Source: an uncultured Phycisphaerales bacterium (GTDB lineage Bacteria; Planctomycetota; Phycisphaerae; Sedimentisphaerales; Anaerobacaceae). From it: DNA of 64,000 nucleotides. The stretch is from contig CAVYYI010000002.1 of assembly GCA_963772725.1 (NCBI GenBank), positions 96,001 to 160,000 on the forward strand, written 5' to 3'. Numbering within the stretch: the first letter of the stretch is position 1; every line of letters starts with the position of its first letter. Under the pieces are notes generated by a model. That model did not search any database and was not told the DNA's origin. It saw nothing but the letters and a program-made list of their open reading frames with translations. The translations under genes were made by a program, and so were the position numbers. Positions 31,888-43,059 of the stretch are shown piece by piece.

Positions 31888-33479
31888 TCTGAACTCCTAA
31901 GAGATTCCAACAGACGCTCTGCGATCACCAAAGCATATGCATGGCGGTTAGTTGCCAGATTTTCAAGCTCACTCTTTTTGAAATTCTCTATATCCAAACG
32001 TGCAAAACGAATGAGATGACAAGCAAGAACGGCCTTTTTCTCTTGCTCATTACAATTACAGGCTAAAACCAAATGGCGAATTTCTCTAACAGACCGTCGA
32101 AGCCATGAAAATGAACTCGGCGTCTTTTCAGCTAAAGGCGGTTTTAAGACAAAATCCTTTTCATAAATTTCATCCACAAAAAGTTTCCAATTTTCATATT
32201 CATCGTTTCGATCAAACTCATCTGTTCCAAATACAAGGCTCACTTCTATTGCTGCAAGATCAGCAGTAGCTGGAGCGTCTTTGACAGAGCAAAAATCAAT
32301 AAGAATAGCATCCTTGCCACGCACCATTACATTGCCAGCATGTAAGTCCCCATGATGGGGACCAACTGTAACTTTCTTGCCTTTAATAACCTCACACAGC
32401 TCCGACTCTAATTGCACGGGTGACCATTTTAATCCCAACGTTTTGGCATTGTTACAAATCTTCCCAGAAATCTCTGCAGCTCTCGCTCGCCTTTTAATGA
32501 GTTCATCTAAAAAATCTTCCCTACTGTGTGAGCCAAACGGTTGTAACCTAAAACCTTTGAGACTATTCTCAAAAAGAGAAAAGAGTATACCTGGTCCAGT
32601 ATTAGCACGAAGTACTCTTCGTAGAGGTTGAGCATCTTCGACAAAATTACCGACAATTGCTGACATGTTTTCGAAATTTACACATCTTCGTTTGTCAATA
32701 TTCGGTCTAAGATAAAAAGGAATAAAAAATTCAGCATATTGTTTATAATTGAACAATTCGGTTTGGCTTTTAGATTTTTCAGAAAATTTTATAAAATATG
32801 GTAATGGCCTTGGTCCAACTACTGATTGCTTCAGTAAGGCATCAATACTAAACACATCAAATGAATCTTTACCGCCGTCCAATTTTTTCAGGTAAACATA
32901 TTCGCAATCCGAAAAGGCTCGGCAAAGCAACAAATTTTTTTCTGGTGATAATTTTATAGTATCGGGCAGAATTTTTACATTGCCTTTTGGCGGACCAACT
33001 TCAAATTCGAAAATGTTTTGCGCAAGTATTCGAATGTTCTTGGAAGAAAATACATTAGGAGTATCGCTGATTTCTAACTCACGCCAAACGGTTCGAATTA
33101 GATTTAAATATATAATTGTATCATCATTTTTAAGTACATCATCTGTAATTACAGATAGATGCAAAGAATATTTGCTTATTACCGATTTCAATTTCGAAAG
33201 GCATTCCCTGATTGCACCAATTCTATTATGCGGTTCTGCAATTATAAGAGCGCGAGCTTCATTTAAAACGGTAGATGGATTATCTAATGAAGTCTTGAAT
33301 AAGTGTAGATGCCTTTCCTCAAAGGGGCCTTTCTCAATCTCAAGAGATCCAATACATAACACATTTTTCCGATTTGCTATGAGCATATCTAAATCAAGGG
33401 GCTTGTTCGCAGTCTCAAGAGATTTAACATTTCGATTTGCTATGCGCATATTTAAATTTGCCGAGCAGGAATTGGCCAT
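31884..33479 (-). CDS. Kinase-like (APH/TCAD9-type) domain protein
   Basis: LDGGK, YFIKF, HGDLHAGNVMV, LIDF. Confidence 0.7.
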   Translation of the reverse strand: MANSCSANLNMRIANRNVKSLETANKPLDLDMLIANRKNVLCIGSLEIEKGPFEERHLHLFKTSLDNPSTVLNEARALIIAEPHNRIGAIRECLSKLKSVISKYSLHLSVITDDVLKNDDTIIYLNLIRTVWRELEISDTPNVFSSKNIRILAQNIFEFEVGPPKGNVKILPDTIKLSPEKNLLLCRAFSDCEYVYLKKLDGGKDSFDVFSIDALLKQSVVGPRPLPYFIKFSEKSKSQTELFNYKQYAEFFIPFYLRPNIDKRRCVNFENMSAIVGNFVEDAQPLRRVLRANTGPGILFSLFENSLKGFRLQPFGSHSREDFLDELIKRRARAAEISGKICNNAKTLGLKWSPVQLESELCEVIKGKKVTVGPHHGDLHAGNVMVRGKDAILIDFCSVKDAPATADLAAIEVSLVFGTDEFDRNDEYENWKLFVDEIYEKDFVLKPPLAEKTPSSFSWLRRSVREIRHLVLACNCNEQEKKAVLACHLIRFARLDIENFKKSELENLATNRHAYALVIAERLLESLRSSE

Positions 33480-33896
33480 TCGTCACAACGGGCAAGGGCA
33501 CCGCTTGTAGAACAAACAACGCAAGTGGGATGTGCTTTGCAAACAGCAGGTCGAACTGTTCCTGTTAAACCGTCATAATTAATGAACCTGGCGGAGCCTG
33601 GCACTCCAAGAGCTACATTAAGAAACATAGTTACAGCGAGGGATGCTACCGTACTATTTAACGAAATAACAGCTGGGGCGAGTTCATTTTGTCCAACAAT
33701 ATAAGGATCAGTTTGTCTTTCGAAATCCGAGAGCAAATCCCGTCGAATCTGTTCTGGATCAAGCAAATTACCACAGACTGTCCGGCGTCAATTATAATTT
33801 CCCTTCAACGACAGTTATTTTTACCGTTACTTCATAACACTTACCTTAGCTTATAGCCTTTAGGAGGTGCCCCCATGGGGGGCAAAATTTCGGACA

Positions 33897-34661
33897 TTAC
33901 GTGTCCTTATTTTTCCGTCTCTGAGCTTCCTCAGCTCGGTAGCTCGGTACATTCAATTCAAGGATCACACTATGATGTACCAGCCGGTCGATCGCTGCTG
34001 CAGTGGTCATCGGATCCTTAAAGATGACTTCCCATTTACTGAACGGCAGATTGCTGGTAATCAACACGCTGCCACGTTCATAACAATGAGCTAATAAGGT
34101 AAACAGCACCTCCATCTCCTCGCGGTTCTGTTTGACATAGCCGAAGTCATCTATCATCAATGCCTCGTACTGTGACAGCTTCTTGAGCCATTTGTCCAGC
34201 TTCAACTCCTGCTTGGCTCGTAATAACTCCTGCAACATCATATCACACGTAGTAAAGTAAACCTTTTTTCCCTGCCGGGCAAGTTCATGACAGATACCAC
34301 ACAGTAAATGTGTCTTACCGCTGCCGGGTTTGCCAAATGCAAGAATATTCTCTGTTCTGTCAACAAATGAACCTTCCAAAAGAATTTTGACCTGCTGACG
34401 TATCTTCAACGGCATACGTTTAAAATCAAAGTTTGCCATGGTCTTTTCCATAGGAAGCTTTGAGGCTTTTACCAGCCTTGCGATTTTATTGGCTCTGCGA
34501 ACATCACACTCACGCTGAGCCAATTCCAATAGATATTGTGAATAACCCATATCTTCGGCGATAGCCTTCTGAGCGAACTCGGCGTAATATTCACGGAACA
34601 TCGGCAGGTGAAGTTCTTTGAGAAGGTTTACAAGCTGATTATCCAGATCATTTTTACTCAT
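33897..34661 (-). CDS. istB: IS21 ATPase IstB
   Basis: GKPGSGKT, IDDFGY, ITSNL, AIDRLVHH. Confidence 0.97.
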   Translation of the reverse strand: MSKNDLDNQLVNLLKELHLPMFREYYAEFAQKAIAEDMGYSQYLLELAQRECDVRRANKIARLVKASKLPMEKTMANFDFKRMPLKIRQQVKILLEGSFVDRTENILAFGKPGSGKTHLLCGICHELARQGKKVYFTTCDMMLQELLRAKQELKLDKWLKKLSQYEALMIDDFGYVKQNREEMEVLFTLLAHCYERGSVLITSNLPFSKWEVIFKDPMTTAAAIDRLVHHSVILELNVPSYRAEEAQRRKNKDT

Positions 34662-36145
34662 ACCAGTAGTGCCTCCGCCGATTCAAGTAGACAGTCATAA
34701 CTGTTCAGATCAATATCGCCAACACAAACGTCAGTGACATCCGGCGGCTGTTGTTCGGATTTGACTATTTGTTCTACCATATCAAAATCAATCGCATCTG
34801 CATGGTTGATCAGGAACCGCAAAGCTTCATTGACAGATGTCTGGCTTTCGTTGGCAGCTAATTCAAGAATTTTCAGATACTGCTTATTACCCTGCTTCAT
34901 CCCATGTTGATCACGCAGGAGATCATATGCGATCCTGAACTGACTTGTGGGAAACATATCATCTTTATAGCAATAGTTCTCAAACGCCCCGGGTTTGCGA
35001 ACAAGGGTATCTATAACGTGGCGGTAATTGATGTAATGACCGTTTTCACCGTGTAATCTGGGCAATACTTCAATTCTTCTTTGAGCATACCAGACTTCGA
35101 TATGTTCGGCATATATTCGAACGTCAACATTTTCTCCCCTAAGCCTGCTGTGAACAGAATAGCTGTTCTTAAGAACTCGGACCGTGCAGCCACGACTTAC
35201 CCTGCATTTATCCCTGGTGAAATCTTCATGCCTGCGGGTTGGCAATTGCCGCAGAACCTTTAACTCTTCGGCCAAGAGTTTTGTGCGGCCGGTATTGAGT
35301 TGGTTGAGCAGCTTTTCAAGAAACATTTCATAATCTTTCCTGCTGTTAAAATCTCTGCTTCCTCTAAGGATTAACGCCTGTTCAACAGCTCTCTTTAACC
35401 TGTGATGACGCTGCTCTATATCGCCGTTTTCATTCGGACAGTGAGGCTGGATTTTACAGCTTTGGAAACCATAATGATTCGCAAGACCCTGATAGTTAGC
35501 CGTGAATTCCTCAGGATTGCCTACCTTGTTAACCGCACAGGTTAAATTATCAGTCCTATGATAGCGTGGTATGCCGCCTAACTTCCAGAGGGCATTTTGA
35601 ATACCGGCACTTAAACTTTCATAGCTTTCTGAAAAACATACCGTGACGGTTTCCCAGTTCGACAAACACAATACAAAATGGTACAGCATGTGAATAAAAG
35701 GTATGCCGCAAATGGTGATACCCAGCTTATTCATCCTGGTAAAGTCTGATTCGCACCATTGGCCGGGTTTATAGATTTGTGGAAAAAACACTTCCTGAGC
35801 CGGACCGGACAAGGCTTTCCATTGTTTTACTCGTCTCTGGAAGGTTCTTAATTCGCTGTCCTGGTATTTACCGGGATATTCACGCTGCAGAGCCTCAAAA
35901 AGCGATTTAGATTCAAGACCGGAGTTGTTTTTGAGGAATTCTTCAACCCATGGCCAATCCCCTGCAAAGGCATCCGGATGGGTGGGCCAGTCGTGGATAG
36001 CTTGGCATTGGCTGGGCAGCACGCCCGTTTTTAAATACTTGCGGGCGGTTTTAGTGCTTATACCAGCCTTGTCTGCAAGCTGATATAAGGTCTTGCATTT
36101 GTTTTTCATAGCGAACAATCTCCTTACCTGTTTGTCTTTAACCAT
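34658..36145 (-). CDS. istA: IS21 transposase IstA
   Basis: ESDFT, RTDNL, ENGDIE (DDE triad). ATGA overlap with istB. Confidence 0.97.
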   Translation of the reverse strand: MVKDKQVRRLFAMKNKCKTLYQLADKAGISTKTARKYLKTGVLPSQCQAIHDWPTHPDAFAGDWPWVEEFLKNNSGLESKSLFEALQREYPGKYQDSELRTFQRRVKQWKALSGPAQEVFFPQIYKPGQWCESDFTRMNKLGITICGIPFIHMLYHFVLCLSNWETVTVCFSESYESLSAGIQNALWKLGGIPRYHRTDNLTCAVNKVGNPEEFTANYQGLANHYGFQSCKIQPHCPNENGDIEQRHHRLKRAVEQALILRGSRDFNSRKDYEMFLEKLLNQLNTGRTKLLAEELKVLRQLPTRRHEDFTRDKCRVSRGCTVRVLKNSYSVHSRLRGENVDVRIYAEHIEVWYAQRRIEVLPRLHGENGHYINYRHVIDTLVRKPGAFENYCYKDDMFPTSQFRIAYDLLRDQHGMKQGNKQYLKILELAANESQTSVNEALRFLINHADAIDFDMVEQIVKSEQQPPDVTDVCVGDIDLNSYDCLLESAEALLV

Positions 36146-37250
36146 CTGAAATCTCCTGACTTAATGAGTTTCAGATAGCATATTCCAACTTTAATTCATC
36201 CGGAACTTTTAACTGTCGCCGGAAGGTAAGAATAATTGTCGCTGATCAACAGACCATACACGCCAATCCAGGGGATAGCAACTGTACTCTCCCAGCTATA
36301 TTCTTGATTTTAAAATTATCGGTAATAATAACAACGCCCATATCGATCATGGGAACAAAATATTGATAGGCAAATTGGTTCAAGACGGCCCGGCTGCCGT
36401 GTGAGTCTGTGCAACAAAAAATCAAATCTGTTTTCGCAAGCAATCTTGTTATTTCGGCCTTCAAGACACTCTCATGATGAGTTTCAATATGAATCGCAGG
36501 ATTTATGCGTTTGGCCCAAGATGCAGCTATAGCGACTTTGGTTTTTCCTACATCCGATGGAACTGACCCAACAACTCGATTCAAATTCGTATCTTCAATT
36601 ATATCTGGATCAATGAGTAAGAAGTCGCGAACTCCTAAATGTGCGAGTTGTTGTAATACAACTGAACCCGTACCGCCCAGACCTACAATTCCTATACACA
36701 TACTATTAAGAACATTTTGACCATCTTTACCGAAGGCACGAATTTGTCGGTCATATATTGGTTTTATTTCATCCCCGTGAACTTTTTCCCCAAAAATTAT
36801 TTCTTCCCCTACACCCATCACTCGCAAGAGCCTATTCTGTCCCAACTCTCGAGCAAGTATGGTCTCAGGGGTCAATAACATGGTCGCATGTCTTGCTTGG
36901 GGAACGCGCTGCCGCAAAAATACTGACAACTCTTGTTCTCCCTTATCATCAATTTGAGAATAGGAATTTAGAGGGAAAGGATGTGTATGAATAAAAATAA
37001 CTGACTCGCCAGAAGTTCGAGCTCTCCTGCGCAACCTCAGAAACAAATTCGGGACGCAATTGTGCGCGTTCTGATGATCGAATGGAGTATGCTTCATCTG
37101 GCGATTTGAAATATTCCTTGGCAACAATTCGAACAAGCTCACCCGACACCTCCACTGATCTTCCAAAAACTACACCGCAGTTTTCTTTATCATCTTGGAG
37201 TAATTCCGTTTTTAACTTGCAAAGCTGTTCTTTGGTTAAAACAAGTCTAC

Positions 37251-37628
37251 TCATCGAGGTTCCTGCAATCTGCGTTTAATTACATAAAAATATGTTAACA
37301 AACTATCTGAGTTTGGATTCCAAGATGCAACATGCCATGAAAACCATAGATATGGACCGCCAATGTGAGGGATTTGATTAAGTTGTGCGTTCTGAGGCAT
37401 GTTGTTATTGGCTAAACGAAGGGTAACATCAGTCCAAAAACAATCAGGTTTAGCCAGGGGATAGCCGACTGGTGCGATAAATTTTACTTGAACATTCGCT
37501 TGTGACCAGCCTTCCGACAACTCAACGCAAGGAAAGCTAACTAAATGCGAACCGTCGGGTAAAGGCTTTAACTCAGCCGTGGGAAAGTAATTTTGAAGAA
37601 TTGCAAATTGTTGCTCTATGGGTGTCAT
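37251..37628 (-). CDS. Prokaryotic E2/UBC-like protein
   Basis: LSEGWS, PVGYPLAKPDCFW, WFSWH..WNP. ATGA overlap with the JAB-E1 gene. Confidence 0.85.
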   Translation of the reverse strand: MTPIEQQFAILQNYFPTAELKPLPDGSHLVSFPCVELSEGWSQANVQVKFIAPVGYPLAKPDCFWTDVTLRLANNNMPQNAQLNQIPHIGGPYLWFSWHVASWNPNSDSLLTYFYVIKRRLQEPR

Positions 37629-37678
37629 CTGTTCCGTTTAGCACAAAAAAGTAGTGTTAGCTTCCTTTCAAAAGAATC

Positions 37679-37942
37679 TTATAAATATTCACATGTTAAG
37701 CCAAAACTTGCAGGGGGTACAGTGTAAAACCGTTTAGGCTTACCTTTTTCAAACGCAATGCTTGTATCATCATTAATCAATTCATCCTGATGTTTCCCTT
37801 GCCCTTCAAGATATAATGCGTAATTTCTTTTTGCTTCCGGTAGTCTTGATTTAATATATGCTCCGGTTGTATGTTCATCTTCAGTTTCATACTTAACTCC
37901 ATCAACAAAATAATGGTATCTTTCTTCCGGTTTCATAGTCAT
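37679..37942 (-). CDS. Ubiquitin-like (multiubiquitin-domain) protein
   Basis: YFVDG, TG..IK, FYTVPPASFG followed by a 6-aa tail (LTCEYL). Confidence 0.8.
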   Translation of the reverse strand: MTMKPEERYHYFVDGVKYETEDEHTTGAYIKSRLPEAKRNYALYLEGQGKHQDELINDDTSIAFEKGKPKRFYTVPPASFGLTCEYL

Positions 37943-38224
37943 GTCCTTATCTTTCTATTTGGGTTGTTATTCTTATTTGAGATTTCTCATATAACCTTAT
38001 ATATTTTCGCTCAGCTACGCCGCTGAACTTCATTTTTCAATAGAATACCAAATTTGCCATGAAAAATCAAAAATTATTACTTTTATCTGAAAGTTTATTT
38101 CAACCAAAGACATTCAGTAAACTTTCGCACTTTTTAACATAACAAACGTCATTAATAATTTACGAATATAATTTCAGCAAATCAGTTGAAATTAAATTAA
38201 GCCTGATTTTGTAACAAAAACATA

Positions 38225-38386
38225 ATGGAAAATAAAAAAACATGTTTACACTGTCAGCACGAACTTGATATAGGAGGCGATGCCATAAGAGTTGACATAG
38301 GTGTAATCGGTATGGAGGATTTTGTGCCCATGGAAAAGACCTTGCTCTTTTGCAGTAGAGACTGCATGAAAAAGGAACTACCATGA
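38225..38386 (+). CDS. Small Cys-rich (TRASH-like) protein, 53 aa, not in ORF track
   Basis: MENKKTCLHCQHELDIG...LLFCSRDCMKK has CxxC and FCSxxC. Confidence 0.5.
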   Translation: MENKKTCLHCQHELDIGGDAIRVDIGVIGMEDFVPMEKTLLFCSRDCMKKELP

Positions 38387-38446
38387 CCTGGGCCGGATTG
38401 CCGAAAGTTGGTCATAGAGCATAGTAATTTTTTTTCTACTATTAAC

Positions 38447-39650
38447 CTAAGTTCCCGATGTTCTAAACTCTTCGATTTTTTGTAAGAATTTATTATTCAA
38501 TTTAATCAACCTTTCGTTGGATTTTTCTAATTCAGCAGTTCTTTTCTGCAAATCTTCTATATCAACAAGTCTTTTTTGAGATAAGGCAAAATTGCAAAAA
38601 CCGCAAATTTCAGTATCATAAGGGTTGGAGTTCTTACAGTGGAGGCATATTATTGGAGTTTTTTTAAGCTCGTAAGATTTATCCTCATTTACATCTGTTT
38701 TTCCTGCATACCCAAGCTGCATCTCTTTAACATCATCAGCACCATAATGCTGATATTCGCCAATTATAGTGCTGCTTTGGGTGTGTCCTGCAAATTTCTT
38801 TAAAACAGCTTCAGAAACATGCGGATTTTTGCCCATTCTTGTTAAAGTGGCATGACGCAGAACATAAGCAGAAAACTTGCCTTTAAGCCCAAGCTTTATT
38901 TTCAGTCTTCTAAAAAGATGAGTCACGGCACTACATGTCATTGGTTTGTTTGGATTATCCAGTTTGCAAAAAACATACTCATCATCCTTTCTTTCTCCCG
39001 GATAAGCCTTCATCCACTCTAAAAAGTAAGGTTCCGAGAATATAATCCTTATAGGCCTGTAATCTGAATTGCCGGACCCTTTTGCAATCCAGACCCTGAA
39101 ATAATACCCGTTGTCGTCTTTTTTAAGATTTTGCCATTTAAGCAGCCTTAATTCGATAGGTCTGGCCTGCATCAAGACCTTCGTATGAAACAAAGAATTT
39201 ATCCCGTGGATTATTACAAAGTTTAATAGCCTGGTGTATTAATTCTTCACTGGGCATTTCCTCAGGGAGTCTTAGCCTTTCCCTGCCTTTTGGCCTTTTC
39301 ATTCCCCGGACAACCTTCGGATATTCCTCATCTTCACCAAACCAATGTTTGAATACCAGCCTGATATTGAGATATTCATCCTGCTTGGTTTTAATCGAAA
39401 GATCTTTCGAAGAATAAATTATATTCCAGGCCTTTGTAATATCGTCTCTGGAAGCCTTATCAAAATCCATTTCAAGCAGGTCAGCAAATTTGACCATTGT
39501 ATTGTAGATCATGCTCAATCTTTTATCTGTTACAGAACCCCTTTTAAAATCAACAAATTCATCTATTAGCTCTTTGTTTCTATTCGACAGGTTCTTTCGA
39601 AGATCCTGGATAGTTATTCCCTTCGGCAGGCGGTCATATTGTTTTTTCAT
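38447..39650 (-). CDS. Tyrosine recombinase/integrase with C-terminal Zn ribbon; frameshift near 39165
   Basis: RPIE, K, LRH..LT, GH, Y catalytic pattern. CLHC...CGFC tail. Adjacent to a tRNA. Confidence 0.88.
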
Positions 39651-39877
39651 AACCTTTATAAGTAAGTGTTATTTAATATTTTGAACCGTTTTGGCCTATG
39701 GTATGCGTTGATTTACACTGTAAATGTATCAAATGCCAAAACGGTATTGTATTTGTATATCATTACATATATTTAAGTCTTTCTAAATTTTCTGTTATCA
39801 GCGATTCTACATGGTGAATTTCAGCAAAATTTTTTAATCCAAATCTTTTTAAATGGTAAAGCAGTTAAAATTCATAA

Positions 39878-39948
39878 GGACCTGTAGTCTAATGGCAGAA
39901 CATCGCCTTTACACGGCGAGAGCGGAGGTTCGATTCCTCTCAGGTCCA
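39878..39948 (+). tRNA. tRNA-Val(TAC), CCA not encoded
   Basis: Acceptor GGACCTG/CAGGTCC. Anticodon arm TCGCC-TTTACAC-GGCGA. T arm GGAGG-TTCGATT-CCTCT. Confidence 0.9.
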
Positions 39949-41571
39949 TTTTTTATAATTGACCGGGATTTCCCATTTACACTCTTAAACAACATAATTT
40001 TCTCCGTACAACATCAATAATCTTACCCAAAACACCCTGAGCGGTCAAGAAATTTCTTTTCCAAGACGGTTTGACTGGAAATTTGCACGAAAACACGTCT
40101 TTTTATGCCCAGCCTTTCTTCCAATACCTATTTTTGCACAGACCGTGACTGCCCCAATTTTCATAAACTCAATTTTTTCAGCTATTTTTAGCATTATCCA
40201 GCTCCTGATGGTATCGCCATCAATGTCAACTGCCTGATTCTGTAAAGGATTTCACAGAATAAAGCCTTTGGCACTGCCACCTCTGCCATCTGGAATATCA
40301 CATATCTCGAATGCCTTACCACTTTTGCACCAATTTTTATCAGCTTCTCTTTGAGTGTCCTCAGCGACCAGTCCTTTATCTTCTTTGGCAAAGCCAAACG
40401 CCTAAGAAAATTGCCGAGATTGTAAGCCAAGGCAAATAATTGCAGCCGAACCTGATTATCAGTCAAAATCGTGACAGGAAAGCCGTGTCCAGTTCAATGC
40501 ATATTTGCCTTCCTTAATCCACTGCTCTGCTGTGCCACGCTTATTATAGAACTTCACCACATTGCTGGATTTCCAGCGAAGGTTCGTAACTATAAATCCT
40601 ACCCTCGGAAACAGTTCACCTGCATGCCATTCAATCTTGGCAACTACACGTCTGAGACTTGTCCCAACTGGCGGCTTGGTACTGAAAACTTTCGTAAATA
40701 ACAATCGGCTTATTTGGAGGACGACCTACAGGTCGAGTCAGTAAATGCTCAATCTTGTCGTGCAATATAGCATTATCTTTTAGTCGGATGGCATATAAAT
40801 AGCCCTCGGCTTCAAGATAGGAATATACATTCGGGTCTGCAAAAGCTGCATCGCCGCGAAAGAACCTGAAAATGTTATATCCACGGTAACGGTCTACAAT
40901 TGGTTTGAGCACTGCTTGCCAGTCATCGGCACTGTGGACATTTCCATTGCGAAGCATTGCTCGCTCCAAATCACCAAACTGGTTAAAGCAGAACAGCGGA
41001 TGATAGCAGGTGCATTCAAAGTAACCATTATAGGCCGAGCCTTCCTGATTCCCATAGGTTGGACTGACGGAACTGTCCATATCGAGAATGATAGTTTTCA
41101 GTGGTTTTCGTTCATGAATCTTGTCTACCCACATACCTGACAGATTCATCAATAGCTCAAGATTTTGTGATTGCGTCAGTAACTCTGTCTCAAATCTGCC
41201 CATCAGACTTGTAGAAGCAGCGGTGCGTTCTCTGGCTCTGCCGCCTACAACCTGCCTCATTGCAGGGTCAACAGATAAACGCTCTGCATCGTTGGTATCT
41301 TCATATCCTGCCAATCTGCTGTATATTGACTGTCTCAGCAGAGCAGTGATGTTGTGCTGAGTATTTTTGCCTTTGCGGTTGTCATAAAATTCTGACTCGC
41401 TCATAGTGGTTAGTCCAAGTGCTTCATCAAGTTCTCTGTAAGCCAGCAAACCGGCATCACTGGTTACTTGATCAGCGACAATTATTCTTACCTTCCGGCG
41501 ACAGTTAAAAGTTCCGGATGAATTAAAGTTGGAATATGCTATCTGAAACTCATTAAGTCAGGAGATTTCAG

Positions 41572-43059
41572 ATGGTTAAAGACAAACAGGTAAGGAGATT
41601 GTTCGCTATGAAAAACAAATGCAAGACCTTATATCAGCTTGCAGACAAGGCTGGTATAAGCACTAAAACCGCCCGCAAGTATTTAAAAACGGGCGTGCTG
41701 CCCAGCCAATGCCAAGCTATCCACGACTGGCCCACCCATCCGGATGCCTTTGCAGGGGATTGGCCATGGGTTGAAGAATTCCTCAAAAACAACTCCGGTC
41801 TTGAATCTAAATCGCTTTTTGAGGCTCTGCAGCGTGAATATCCCGGTAAATACCAGGACAGCGAATTAAGAACCTTCCAGAGACGAGTAAAACAATGGAA
41901 AGCCTTGTCCGGTCCGGCTCAGGAAGTGTTTTTTCCACAAATCTATAAACCCGGCCAATGGTGCGAATCAGACTTTACCAGGATGAATAAGCTGGGTATC
42001 ACCATTTGCGGCATACCTTTTATTCACATGCTGTACCATTTTGTATTGTGTTTGTCGAACTGGGAAACCGTCACGGTATGTTTTTCAGAAAGCTATGAAA
42101 GTTTAAGTGCCGGTATTCAAAATGCCCTCTGGAAGTTAGGCGGCATACCACGCTATCATAGGACTGATAATTTAACCTGTGCGGTTAACAAGGTAGGCAA
42201 TCCTGAGGAATTCACGGCTAACTATCAGGGTCTTGCGAATCATTATGGTTTCCAAAGCTGTAAAATCCAGCCTCACTGTCCGAATGAAAACGGCGATATA
42301 GAGCAGCGTCATCACAGGTTAAAGAGAGCTGTTGAACAGGCGTTAATCCTTAGAGGAAGCAGAGATTTTAACAGCAGGAAAGATTATGAAATGTTTCTTG
42401 AAAAGCTGCTCGACCAACTCAATACCGGCCGCACAAAACTCTTGGCCGAAGAGTTAAAGGTTCTGCGGCAATTGCCAACCCGCAGGCATGAAGATTTCAC
42501 CAGGGATAAATGCAGGGTAAGTCGTGGCTGCACGGTCCGAGTTCTTAAGAACAGCTATTCTGTTCACAGCAGGCTTAGGGGAGAAAATGTTGACGTTCGA
42601 ATATATGCCGAACATATCGAAGTCTGGTATGCTCAAAGAAGAATTGAAGTATTGCCCAGATTACACGGTGAAAACGGTCATTACATCAATTACCGCCACG
42701 TTATAGATACCCTTGTTCGCAAACCCGGGGCGTTTGAGAACTATTGCTATAAAGATGATATGTTTCCCACAAGTCAGTTCAGGATCGCATATGATCTCCT
42801 GCGTGATCAACATGGGATGAAGCAGGGTAATAAGCAGTATCTGAAAATTCTTGAATTAGCTGCCAACGAAAGCCAGACATCTGTCAATGAAGCTTTGCGG
42901 TTCCTGATCAACCATGCAGATGCGATTGATTTTGATATGGTAGAACAAATAGTCAAATCCGAACAACAGCCGCCGGATGTCACTGACGTTTGTGTTGGCG
43001 ATATTGATCTGAACAGTTATGACTGTCTACTTGAATCGGCGGAGGCACTACTGGTATGA
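41572..43059 (+). CDS. istA: IS21 transposase IstA
   Basis: Differs from copy 1 by one residue (N/D). Confidence 0.97.
   Translation: MVKDKQVRRLFAMKNKCKTLYQLADKAGISTKTARKYLKTGVLPSQCQAIHDWPTHPDAFAGDWPWVEEFLKNNSGLESKSLFEALQREYPGKYQDSELRTFQRRVKQWKALSGPAQEVFFPQIYKPGQWCESDFTRMNKLGITICGIPFIHMLYHFVLCLSNWETVTVCFSESYESLSAGIQNALWKLGGIPRYHRTDNLTCAVNKVGNPEEFTANYQGLANHYGFQSCKIQPHCPNENGDIEQRHHRLKRAVEQALILRGSRDFNSRKDYEMFLEKLLDQLNTGRTKLLAEELKVLRQLPTRRHEDFTRDKCRVSRGCTVRVLKNSYSVHSRLRGENVDVRIYAEHIEVWYAQRRIEVLPRLHGENGHYINYRHVIDTLVRKPGAFENYCYKDDMFPTSQFRIAYDLLRDQHGMKQGNKQYLKILELAANESQTSVNEALRFLINHADAIDFDMVEQIVKSEQQPPDVTDVCVGDIDLNSYDCLLESAEALLV

Larger units (their letters stand above)
33779..36248 (-). mobile_element. 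IS21-family element, copy 1
   Basis: TG...CA ends, 6-bp target duplication ACAGAC, istA-istB pair. Confidence 0.97.
33452..37254 (-). pseudogene. JAB peptidase-ThiF/E1 fusion interrupted by IS21 (also a +1 frameshift near 37026)
   Basis: JAB motifs ENCG and HTHP...SQIDD. E1 motifs YDRQ, GLGGTGS, NLNR, CTD, CMVC|GNLLD and CVVC. Removing the IS and one TSD copy restores the frame. Confidence 0.9.

Noticed and set aside
39925..39948. tRNA 3' end as an att duplication defining the island
   Set aside because: No second copy noticed in the window, so the boundary cannot be set.
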